Source of the DNA: Paramecium tetraurelia
Taxonomy: Eukaryota
Length of the DNA stretch: 64,000 nt
Assembly (NCBI GenBank): GCA_000165425.1
Contig: CT868665.1
Location: 1 to 64,000 of the forward strand
Direction: 5' to 3'
Shown: positions 26,703 through 39,462 of the stretch, in pieces
Layout of the letters: each line of letters opens with the position of its first letter
Numbering within the stretch: position 1 is the stretch's first letter
Notes under the pieces: model-generated
The model's input: the letters and a program-made list of their open reading frames with translations, nothing else
Databases searched by the model: none
What the model was told of the DNA's origin: nothing
Translations under genes and position numbers: made by a program

Positions 26703-28083
26703 TCAATTAGATAACTCGAATCTACGATATCTTGATTTATAAAAAAGAATAAAATATAATTCAAATGGAGTTAGAATTGCTAAAGTGAGCCATAAACCAT
26801 ATTTCATAATTACTGGTAAGATTAAAAGATAATTAAGAGCAAATCCAAGTAACTAAAATATAGATTCTAATACATTTGCAAATCCAAATACCCATGTTGC
26901 CACAATCAGAGACTTTATTGGATATAACTTTTCTACAAAAGCTTCAATAGCTACTGGGTAAATCACATTCAACCCAATACCGTTGAAAATATTTAATAGA
27001 ATCAATGCCCAAAGAGATAAGTATTGTATAGTAAAAGCCTAAAAAAGAAGAGCAAAGAATCCAATCAAGGTAGTTATTTTTATGAAAATATCATAGTTGG
27101 GTTGTTTACCTTGTTTCGCTTCTTAATCTAATTTAAAAGAACACCAAATGCCTGCCAAAATTCCTGATCCAGTAAAAAAGATTCCAGTTATTCCAACCTC
27201 CAATTGTGTAAATCCAAAAATGTACAATTATAATGAAATTACAGATATATAAACCCATGAAATTCCAATAAAAATAGAAAATGCCAAGAGATCTAGAAAA
27301 AATTCCTCTTTCTTAAATATGTTGAAAAATTATGTCAGGAAGTTGATATTATCCTTATAAATAAGTAAAATAGGATACTTCTGTTGTTTTTCCTAACTAA
27401 TTCTTAAATTTGATAAAAATGAAACAAATTGGAATGGAGAGTGAATTAAGAATGGCTATAATTAGATTCAAATTATTAATTTTATTATGTACCACTTGTT
27501 CCTCTTCAATTCCAAAGAATTAAAAGGATGAATAAGTATAAGAAATCATGATACCTGCTAAAGTAGCATAACTACCGAAACATGTTGCCAATGTTCTATC
27601 ATAAGCAGTAAACCAGACTTCTGATAAATCTTTTTAAATAAATTATTATAAACATACAAACTGGCACACCTAAATAGAATGCTTCGCTGATTCCAACAAA
27701 GAAGTAGCCAATTAAACAGACAACATAATTGGATTAGGCTACCCAAACAATCCAAGTTCCTAGTGTTGTTAGAATTGAGGCTAATTTCAAACACAGGTCT
27801 AATCTTTTTTCTAATAATGGAATAAAAAGTGGACCAAAAACAAAGAATGTAATGTAATACATATTGCCAATCCAGAATAGATCATTAAGTGATATTTAAT
27901 AATAGAGGGCGGCATTACTAGAAATAGGAGAATAGCTCACAAAACCAAGAACATTTGAAAATCTAAAATTATTATAAAATATTACGCTAGATAACAAAAT
28001 GCAAAGAGGACTCCCCATTTTGCTTTATTCGAATATTGCGTTTACATGTTCTCTTGAAATTAAATTGCTGGTGATTTTGACAT
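26703..28083 (-). CDS. MFS transporter, FLVCR/SLC49-like (tandem copy 2)
   Basis: KWGVLFAFCYLAFSNVLGFVSYSPI...LFWIGNMYY; ends YKSRYRRFELSN-TGA; first intron at the same position as in copy 1. Confidence 0.8.
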
Positions 28084-28163
28084 CTAATTTTAAATAAAGA
28101 AAAAATAAGATTTCTATATAAGAGTATATAAATAACTTAGTCTTAAAATTTTAAATTATATTT

Positions 28164-28668
28164 ATGGGTTCTTATAAATCAAAAAATCATAAAGTGGACA
28201 TAAATACACTACCAGTAGTAGATCCAGAACCTGATTACGTGATAAAAACAAGACAACCTATGCCATCGAATTGGTAATTGAATATTTTAAGAGGAAAAAG
28301 AGAGGATGAATTAAGAGGATTGTCATATGCATATGCTAGGTAGAATGAGTGGCTAATTTAGACGAAAGTGTCATAAAGCTGTGAATGATTTGCTTCAATG
28401 TGAAAAGGATTACGGTTCTTTTTGGGCTGCATTTGATTGTTAGGCAGAGAATCATGATATGAAAGAATGTTTGGCTCATGAATTTGATGTTGAAATGGAT
28501 AAATTGAGAAGAAATATGAAAATGAATACAGAATGGTGGTGGAAGGATCTTTACGATGAAAATGGGGAAGTGGGTGATTAGGCTAAATGGAAAGATGAGT
28601 ATTGGCTTCTACCAATATTGAGAGGCTACAAAGATATATTATATTCAATGATAACATCAAATAATTGA
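28164..28668 (+). CDS. CMC1: Twin CX9C mitochondrial intermembrane-space protein, Cmc1-like (COX assembly)
   Basis: EDELRGLSYAYARRK-C-HKAVNDLLQ-C-EKDYGSFWAAFD-C-QAENHDMKE-C-L; one 22-nt intron. Confidence 0.7.
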
Positions 28669-28715
28669 TATAATAAATATATATATATATAGATGATCAT
28701 TTTCAAAATTTCCAA

Positions 28716-29177
28716 TCAAGTTGATTTTTATGAAATTTCTGCACAGATTGCCAGAATCAATAAACTTGCCACATGTTCACTCGCCTATATAATTATGTAT
28801 TCCTTGTGTTTCATTTCCCAAGCGAGTGCTGAAAGACCATTTGGTAAAATGATGCCTCCAACAATAATAAGTATTAATTGGAATGTCGAACTGTAATCCT
28901 AGAATTAAAATATCTCATTGATTCATTTACTTTCAGGTTGAGATAGACATAAAAAAGGATAAAGCAATAGCTTTTAACAAAACGCGCCAAAATTTCAATT
29001 ATCTAACCATTTGAATTATCATTTTAATAGGGTTATTTGATTTAACTTCCTGCTTTCCATTACTATCCAAAACAACTTTCTGAATACCAAAAGTGTCCTC
29101 ATTTCTTTAATAAATTAAATACCAAAGACTGATGTGAGAAATGTACCGACTGCAGCTGGTAAAATTTATTAATACAT
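28716..29177 (-). CDS. Small multi-TM protein resembling DUF1761
   Basis: MYQQILPAAVGTFLTSVFGHFWYSESCFGQQW...LAWEMKHKEYIIIQASEHVASLLILAI; two mini-introns; an alternative ATG at 29195 would overlap the upstream gene's stop. Confidence 0.6.
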
Positions 29178-29187
29178 TAATTAATAA

Positions 29188-30538
29188 TCATTCATCCAAA
29201 TTAAATTCCATAAGTTCATCCAATTTCAAATAATTTGTATTGTATTCTCGTATATCTGGATAGTTTACTGCTTCCTTTAAATAATCAATGAGAGCCTTCA
29301 ACTCCTAATCATTTTGATCATTATGCCATTCCATTATCGGAATCCCATTCTCAATCTGAAATCCAAAAGAGTGAGCCAAATTATCAATAATAAGCATATC
29401 TTTCAATTGTTTATTGCCAATCAATCTCAGATCCTTGATAAAGAACCCATTCTTAGTTTCCATGCAATTATTTCTCGATAAGACACCAGAGATGTATTGT
29501 TTCTTCGGATCCAAATAGCCAATGATAGCTTAAGCGTAAGCTTATGAGGATGCAGTATAAATGTAAATGGTATAGAATTAAGAAAGTGAAGATAGGAATA
29601 GTGAAGTATATGGACGTATATTAATACCAATCTAAATTAATGAAAAGATTTACTTTTGCTTCTTCTCCAAAGTCTCCGATTGCTGTAACATAGACTTAGG
29701 GGTTTTCTCTAGGAGTGCAAGAATGTATAAGGGTCTCATCCAAATCAAGAATTAAGGTTTTCTCTTTTTTGGGAGTGATTTCATTTAAATATACTTTCTT
29801 GGATTCAATAAATTTATCAGATGGTCCTTTTAAACACTTCCGAGCATAGATTAACCCTCTCTATGTGAGAAGCAAATGTTTTTTGAATGCTTATTCATTG
29901 ATGTATTGGCCAAATATTAAATGACGAAAAGGATGCTGGGCGATTTTATTATTTTGATTCAGTTATGGGTTCTTTTTATTTTATTCCTAGTCTGAATTTG
30001 TGTTTAAATTTTGCATCGATGATGTTTATCTATTGATTACAGACTTAATTACTTCGCTTTTGCCAACTTTGGATTAGCTTATGCTTTTAGGGAGAGTTTT
30101 TATTAAATTCTTTAAGCTTGTTCTTCAATGTTGTAATTTGCTTCTTGATTGCCTTATTCAACTGGCCCACGATTGTTTTCTGTGTCACTGAAATCTGGTT
30201 CGTTTTCTACATCGCCATCTATTCTCTTTGTATTTACTAAATTGCTAAATCTCGACATCTTTGCTGCTAATGTCAAAATTAAAAAAAGTACTTGTGTGTT
30301 ATTACTAAGTATTTCTTTGACTCTTGGGTGTGCCTCCTTCCGAATCATCAGTTTAGAATCCATTTTACTTTGGATTTGGTTTGTTTATGCCCTTGTTGTC
30401 CGGTGTTGGTGTATTGTCTTAAGAATTAGATGATTCTCCTTCCTCCTCACTATAAAATTAAAGTTTCTATTCCTGTGTTATCACCTGTTTCAAGTGGCCC
30501 ACATGAGATTTTGCCTTGAAGCTAATTAACTTGTCCAT
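29188..30538 (-). CDS. NIF/FCP1-SCP family HAD phosphatase (CTD small phosphatase-like)
   Basis: TLILDLDETLIHSC, IGINIRPY, IYTASSQAYA, FFIKDLRLIG, LIIDNLAHSFGFQIENGIPI. Confidence 0.9.
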
Positions 30539-31299
30539 TTATAATTAATATTGTCGATATTTCTTGATTTATCAATTAATCAAAAATCGGCCCAGTTTAA
30601 ACTGTTCACCTAATATTAAATCCTAAATAATACTTATGAAATCCTTTTGAATTTTAAGTTGTTCTTACATTACCAGATGCAATATAAATAAATATATAAA
30701 ATAAGGCAGAAGCAAGAAATCAATGTTCGAATCATAGTTTTATTGTTTGAGTTGTGATATTTCATTTTATAATAATTATTATTAATAAACAATATTTTAT
30801 TCAGTTCTAATTTATATTATCTTTCAGTATTATACCCCATCTCAATACATCCAAGTTATTAGTCACTCCAAATTCAGTTCTATCATTTTATGTCAAATAT
30901 TTGAGAAGTTCAAAATCTAAATTTATATTTCATATATTAACACTAAGCTTTGGAGTTAACAGATATGAATCTTATGATTCTCATTTATAATGGTTGAGTA
31001 ATGTAATCTTTAAGTGGATGAACAAGCCAAGAGGGATATTTGATGGGAATGTTTATATTAGGGTTTTGTAAGTGCTGGAAATTTGAGAAATTTAAACAGA
31101 GTTTGAAGGAACAATATTATAAAATGATTTTAATATCTAATTATAAAGTATGAATTTGAAACAATATTGCATCATTTGCTTATGAATTAATGATTAATAA
31201 CTTCTATTTATGATATATAGTGCGTATTAAATTCATAAATTTATGTATTATTTAACATAAATTTCATCGTCTTATTGAAATAATAATTAAATAATTAAG

Positions 31300-32260
31300 A
31301 TGTCTGAATCCATTTATAAAGTTAGGACTAAGAAATACCTCAAACCAATCATTGAAACTCAAATAATTGGGCTTTCCAGAGTCATTCTTGGATTACCCAT
31401 AGACCATGTTTTTGATAGATTCAAAACTTTAGTACAGGCTGAAATACGCAATCCTCAATTCGACAATTATTCAAGGAAACTTACAGACGAAATGGAATGC
31501 TAAAAGGTGTATTTGCTGGATTCTCATCCCAAATAAGCATTCAACTCTTTAAACAATATTATAGGTAAATAGTTTAATTATATCTCTATTTTTAGATGGC
31601 CCATGATGATCTTAATTCCAAAATATTATAAAGAACTCCTACCATCATCCTGGATCCAGAACCATCCAGCATTACACAAAGGATTGGCTGGTGCCACAAT
31701 TGCCATTTTTGAATCCCTCGTCACCTGTCCTATGGAAAGAGTTAAGTGTCAATTAATGACCCAATACGAATCCAAATCAAGTATCTAACTTTAATTTATC
31801 TTTTCTAGTCATTAAATAATTGTGGAGAAATGAACATCAATTTTCTCATTTTGTCAAAAATATTTATACTGGAATGGAAGCCATGATGTTGAAATAAGTA
31901 GTTTCTTGGACCAATTATTTATATTGGGATCACAAAATCAGATACCTCTTTAAGGATAGTCCAAGTCAGGCTCTCACCTTATAACAAATTGGAATGTGTA
32001 GTTTGTTGACAGCCATTCCAAACATTTTGTTTGTTCAACCATTCGACGTAGTCAAAACTGCGTATCAAATGGAAAACAATGCAAATTACAAGTCATTAAC
32101 CATCCCCTAAGCCTTTGTCAAGGTGTACTAGGATAAGGGATTAAAGGGATACTATGCTGGCTGGTAGTTGAGACTCTCACAATTTATTGTGCAAGCAGCC
32201 TTATCTACTCCAGTAATGGATTATTTGGAAAGATTGCATGGTCTTCCAAATGATTTTTGA
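31300..32260 (+). CDS. Mitochondrial carrier (SLC25) family protein, with a 1-nt frame break near 31442
   Basis: Three signature motifs: PIDHVFDRFKT, PMERVKCQL, PFDVVKT; GVFAGF and GYYAGW; two mini-introns. Confidence 0.85.
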
Positions 32261-32316
32261 AAATAATAGAAAAAATACTATCAACTAATGACAATATTTA
32301 TTATCATTATAATTAA

Positions 32317-34365
32317 TCACTATTTAATCGATTTTCTTGTCTCCACTATTGATCCTGTCAATTATCTCTAAATATTTGGTCTCTGTTATCTTGTAGCGGA
32401 TTATTGTTCTTGTACAACCTACACTTATTATTTGCTATGACTAGATTACTAGGAATCGAAGGACTCTGTTATCTAATGATTAAATCTTTACTATTGATAT
32501 TCATTCATTGTTTGATGCTAATATTCCATTGTGGGATAGATGTTTTAAGGTTCAGGTGATCTTGGAATTTGTGATTATTAGTTATAATAATTGTCATTGC
32601 TTATTGGTTGTTTTATCTCATATTAACCAGTTAATTGTTTTTATATTTATTAATCCCTCATTAATTGCGATTGTCTCGGTTATTATTGATAGCTTTGTTA
32701 TTATTGTTCATATTATTTTATGGACTACTGAGAATACTATTGATAGTTGTTGTAAGTCTGATTATAGGGTTTGGCCTATTCGGTATTGATAGATTCGAAT
32801 AATTGTTAATGAGAAAATGAGGCAGTGTTATTATTAATAGGTCGTTGTGAATGCACTTTTTAATTCGAGTTTGCCAACTCAATTTGTTCTAAAACACTTT
32901 GATTGGGCTTTTCATCTATTTCTTATTGATTGTACTCGTATTCCTCTTGATCTTGATGATTATGAAAGGAATTCACTTCCTTCTTCAAATACTGAGGTGC
33001 ATTATTGTTATAAGAATAGGTGGATTGTTTGTTTGATTGAATTTCTTACTTGTATTCACTTAATTGCAATTACAATTCCTTCTATGTTATGGGAGTGAGA
33101 TTGTTGTATATTTAATAACTGTTGGTGGGTTCCCATTGAGTGGATTTAATTCTCTTGCCAGGTGTTCTTTGATACCTAACTTAGGCATCTTGACTCCTTT
33201 ACAAAGCCACTTTGGCTCTTTATTCTAGGATCTCCATTTGTTCATAAACATCACTGGTGTCTACCAGTTTGCTTTGAGCTATTTGATGTTCTTCAACTCT
33301 ATTGGGCAGTTTGTTGGTTTGTCTGAATTCAATGGAATAGTTTGGTAGATGTTCCTTGATTGTGGATTACTAAGTTAATATTCTAATAGTGTACTCTAAA
33401 ATAGTCTTCCAATTGATATCTGAATCCTATTAATAGGTCGTTGGCTTAATAAGAATTTGGTCTATTTTCAGGAGCTAATTGCAATAGCTGACATACTATA
33501 GAACACAATTATTCACTATAGAGTGTTTTCATCTCTCTTATATAGCCATCTAATTTATCGGTGGTGATGAGATAATTGGAGTTATCATAGATGTCATAAA
33601 TACTATTGAGAGTGGCCATTTGTAGTGCAGTCAATCCAATACTAAAGACATCGGATTTGTCTAAATCATAAGTTGGTCTAAGCACTCTTTGTTTCAGAAA
33701 TGTTAATTATTCAGGACTTAGGTTATATTGAGCATGTTGTTTGGCCACACACCTTCTGAATGCATTCATATCAGTCAATTCCTAGATGTCAGTCAGTTTG
33801 TAAACAGGGAGAGGTTCATTTTGTCGATGAGGACTCTTCTTGGGAAATGAGGTGACACTAATTGTAAGTGGACGGATGTCTCCGTGAGACTTTTATTGTT
33901 TAGTTAATTTTTATAATGCCATCAACTAGGTGATAATAAGAGGATTATACAGTGCAATGAATCATAGCAGCGATTTCAATTTCTTCAAAATGTTATTTGG
34001 TGGCACTCTGTTCAGTGATCACTCTTTCCAAATATTCATCAAAGTATTCGTATACACTATGTGCTTAAGTCATCTAGGTACATAATTCCTTTTCTGTGAC
34101 ATGTTACAAATCGATCATTTAGATTAGGAACAAATTCTTATCTCTCGAAGTCATATTCATTTCGGCTGATTGTTTGAATCTCAACCATTATTCCTCATCC
34201 TATAAAATGTGATCCTTAACAGCAACAGCGTGTCCGTCATTCAATTTATACACTTTGATTTCTCCATATCTGATATCGTTCACTTGTCTCCAAAATTATA
34301 ATTCATTGATCTTAGGCACTTGCATTCTAGATTGCTGCAAATTCTGAGATGAAGATTACCCCATT
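32317..34365 (-). CDS. Atypical protein kinase/pseudokinase with predicted N-myristoylation and a Q/N/Y-rich tail
   Basis: MGQSSS..., AVAVK, HGDIRP, DIQ at the DFG position, LSPE, KSDVFSIG, PENRP. Confidence 0.8.
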
Positions 34366-34444
34366 CTGTTAAAATTTATTTAATAATAAATTATCTGGAA
34401 ACATTAATGTAAAGATTATAATACAGTTTATCTATTCATAAGTA

Positions 34445-36236
34445 TCATTGCTATGGTCTAAGTTCCAAGAATTTGATTTGGATGCCTGGAATATTCATAA
34501 TCTTCTCCGCCTGTGCAATCCAATCGTAAATAGGGTTTTTATTGAAAGCACTTCTCTTCACAACAAACTGCTTGCCAATCTGATTCACCTTGCCCTCATC
34601 CAACTCCTCAAATGGCATTTTATATTAAGACAGATCCATAATCATCATTATAGTAAATGACAATCTAAATAGATACAGAAAACGAATACTTGTTATTATC
34701 TTCTTTGACTCCCAAGGCAAGAGCATCATTCTAAAATTTACTCAACTTTGTATTAGGGTCTTTCTGCATAAAGTTCAAGTAATCATTAATCTTGGCTTGA
34801 ATTGTAGTCTAAAATTAAGCAGGAACCTAAATCTTGACGAATCTATGATGCAATTTCACTTCAGTAATCACTATCTCCAAATCTTAAAGACCTTGATCAA
34901 GAGGTTAAGTAAAGTTTTCAATTTTTACCTCTTCATTTAAAGGCGAGGGTGGTGAATAATCATCAATCCTAGGTTAATTATAATCAATTAATGCCCAAGA
35001 ATGATTGCCACCTGCAAATAATTATTTAATTCTTCTTTATTCCAAAAAGTTAATTCTCGTGTATTAAGTCCTGCTTTCATAATCCCCAACTCCAAGTTGT
35101 CCTGCCTAATTGTGTCCACAAGTATAAACATCAGAATGACTTGTCAACACAATTGAATGGTTCCATCCAGCTGCAATCTACACTATTGTCTTTCCAGATA
35201 TTCCAATAACTAATTAGAATTTGTTTTAATTTTCAGTAGCTTTAATTCCCAATTGTCCATGTTGAGCATATCCACAAGCATAAACAATTCCTTTATTCGA
35301 CAACAACAAACTGTGATGTCCACCTAGACTAATCTCCTTGATGGTTGATTCTACATTAATACTTTTTAGTATACCTTATTTATTCTAGACAAAGATATCG
35401 TCGATGATGATGTGTTTTTAATTGAAATTGATTTTCACCTTTTTGGGTAATAAACTATCTTAGAATTCGCCTTGACCAGTTTCTCCATACATCCCAGAAC
35501 CCCAAGACCACAATTCTCCATCCTTATCCAATGCCATCATATGATAACCTCCACAACTGAATTTAACTATATTGTCCTTTACTATTTAGGGTGTCTCCAC
35601 ATCATTTAAATGACCATGACCCAATTAACCTCGGTTATAATCTCTGCCTCCTCCTCCCCAAGTATATAGATCTCCATTAGCACTCAAGGCTGCACTATGA
35701 AAATCACCGCACCCAATCTACACAATGGTTTGTTTCAAGGTTTCAATCCTGGCTGGTTTGCCTGCCTTAGAACCTAGCTTTTTGTGAAGAGTGCCTCCCC
35801 ATGCATAAACCTATCCATTGTCCAATAAACACAAGGTATGATAATCTCCTGTGGCCACCTGAGTTACAAACAATCCTTTCATGGCCTGGACGAGTAAGAA
35901 CTTAGGGTAGGATGGTTGATTGGCATCTTCAAAACCAAGTTTACCTAAAATATTTTTTAAATTTGAATTGCAAACCGTGTAATGCAGATCCACAAATAAA
36001 GAGTTAACCATCTTGGGTTACTATTCCTGAATGGTTGGAACCTGAACTAATCAACTGCACTGTCTGATTCTTCAACCCTTGCACTGCCTTAGGAGCATTA
36101 CACTTCTTTTGATTGCCCTAATCACATTAATGACACTCATTTTTACAATGGACAATTCTCCATCTTTGTTGCGTCCCCATGCGAATAGATAAGTTATTTA
36201 TTAATCATCTCCTGCGAATTATGGCAAAGGATCCAT
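34445..36236 (-). CDS. RCC1-repeat protein
   Basis: LFAWGRNKDGEL, VATGDYHTLCLLDNGQVYAWG, IGCGDFHSAALSANGDLYTWG, IAAGWNHSIVLT. Confidence 0.9.
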
Positions 36237-36259
36237 ATATTAATTATTTTTATATAAAA

Positions 36260-36679
36260 ATGGATTAATAACTAGAAAAATGGAAGTTGAATAGTCAATA
36301 TTTTATTCGAGATAAATATTTTAATCTTTATAAGAAACTTGGAAATCAAGCCCTCAGACAACAAGATCAACTGCATTTCAAGCGACAACGCATTTTCAGG
36401 AATACCTCCTTCAAAGATCGAGAGAAACTACCTCCCATGGAATAATCTTCCAAAAAATGCGATTACAGTCTCCCAGAATTCATCTATCCCACTGTCCATC
36501 AAGTTAGCACCATAGATGAGTATAATAAAATACTGCAAGCCAGAATTAGGAGTAATGAAAAAAAGGAAAGGAACGAATGGAAATTGCCTCCTTTATAAAA
36601 CGAATATAAAGAGAAATATCAATTAAAAAGAACCATCTCCTAAGCAGATTTGAAGATCAAATTGGAGCAAATATTTTGA
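36260..36679 (+). CDS. Uncharacterised 139-aa protein
   Basis: MDQQLEKWKLNSQYFIRDKYF...DLKIKLEQIF-TGA, 420 nt continuous. Confidence 0.65.
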
Positions 36680-37811
36680 ATTATATTTAACTTTATTCTC
36701 GACTCCCCTTTTGATTCTGCTCTCTTTTATTAATAATTATATTTATCAGAGTTAATTAGCCTGGATAAGGAGGATAACAGATAAATAAATAGATCGAAAT
36801 CTTGATTAATGATAAACGTAGCACATCTTTATTAAGCTGAATACCCTTTTACTACAAAATTTGAAGTTAAGGTATGAACTCAAGATTAGGATTTACAACA
36901 ATCTTTTGTTTTATTTTAAATCTATTTTGAAATAACCAGGAATTGTGATTTTATAGGTAGATTGATAGGAAATTAAAGGAACTAGAGATTTATATAAAGA
37001 AAGAGTCAAATTAATTACACAACATCAACTAGATCTAATTAAAAGTCATAAATAAAGTGGTCAGAACATCTTTTCAAAATAATATTTACCTCAAGAAAAA
37101 AGAATAAATTATACACAAGGATTATAATTGGGGATCATTTTAAAAATTGGATTGATTAAATAAATCAATTGAAATATCAATAAATCAAAAAGTTGAAACA
37201 GTATAATGTTGAAATCCCAAGTAGTGATGGAATACAGTTAGTAAATTGCCTTTTTATGAAAATATAAATTTTTTCTCTATTTATCAACATCTTGAGATTT
37301 CAGATAATAGTTTCAAAAAAGTGAGGAGCAAACAGTCCATAATTGAATTTAATGAGTTAATAATGATGTTCAATATCTCAAAATAATAACTCTATCGAGA
37401 ATGGAGACTGATTAAGACTGATTTTATTAATGACTAAAGTAATCTATGTAAAATCAAAACAAATTGTTTTATAAGAGACAGATACATCATAAATTAAAGG
37501 TGACTGTAGAGTTCTATCTAACAAATATCATTAGAAAATCACTTATTTTCTGAATACATCTAATTTCTAAATAAAGAACTAAAAATAATATAAAGAAAAG
37601 AAATCGATTGTTAAGGAATATATATATCAAAGCATACAAGCTTATTTTGAGGGATATAAAATGAGTTATTATAAAATTGGTTTTACTATTTCTTTTGTTA
37701 AATTATTTATTTAATTTAAATAAGGATTTCCCAAAAGTGACTTATAATTTGAGTTAGTTTATAGCATTTTTTTGAAGTAAAGAAGTGGAATTATTTGATA
37801 TAATATTTAAT

Positions 37812-38647
<836 letters not shown>

Positions 38648-38705
38648 AAGTATTTAAATCAAAAAATTTGAAAAAAAATACACAAAAATAGCTATTGAAG
38701 CTCAA

Positions 38706-39439
38706 TCATCTTGCGAATTCATATTGCCTTCTTCCTTATAATTTAGCATATTTCAATTGGCAAATTTACTACAATTAATGAAATTTAGAAATACTTTCTC
38801 TGTGTTTGACCATTTCTAATTATTAAATGTTCTATAAAACCTTAATACCACATCCTGGTTTATGAAATTAACAAAAGCATATCCCAAATGGCCTTCATTC
38901 TTCAATTATAAAATTAGAAATACATTGTTATCCAAGGGCAAATAGAAAAAGTCATAGAGATTACGGAATTCTTTATTTAAAATATTTCTCAAATCGGTAG
39001 GCTTCATGCTCCTGGGTATATTTTTGAGCATCAAAGTGGTTCTATCATCCTTGAGAATCTATGTTTTTTAATGAAAAGCTATACATTCTCTTCAGCGATC
39101 TCTAAGGATGCCTATTACTATTATAAATATTTATCATCATTCAAGAATATAAGTTTCTCTTATATCAATTCTTAACTGAACTGTTCAAAATTTATTAAGC
39201 CATCTTCTTCAGGGACTAATAATTTAAACTCTAAAATGGATTATAAACCAATTACCAAAAGCACAAAGAGATGCTTCAAATTTTTCATCGAAACTCAACA
39301 AAGGTCTCGGAATTTTCAGTTGGGATGCCTCAAAAGAAGAATTGCTTGAACTGTTTGGGGATGCTGTTGTGTTTGTCTATGAAAATCTTCCTTTATTTGG
39401 AGTTGTTCTTAGAGTATAATCAACTAAATCACAAATCAT
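38706..39439 (-). CDS. Mei2-like RRM (RRM_2) RNA-binding protein
   Basis: DDRTTLMLKNIP, YDFFYLPLD, LGYAFVNF, FNNQKW, ICQLKYAKLQG; four mini-introns. Confidence 0.88.
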
Positions 39440-39462
39440 TATTTAATAATAAAAACAATGGA

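Noticed and set aside
28676..28691. (TA)n tract between convergent genes
   Set aside because: Ordinary short microsatellite in AT-rich 3' ends
36700..37750. Possible gene or pseudogene
   Set aside because: No consistent frame or identifiable domain could be read
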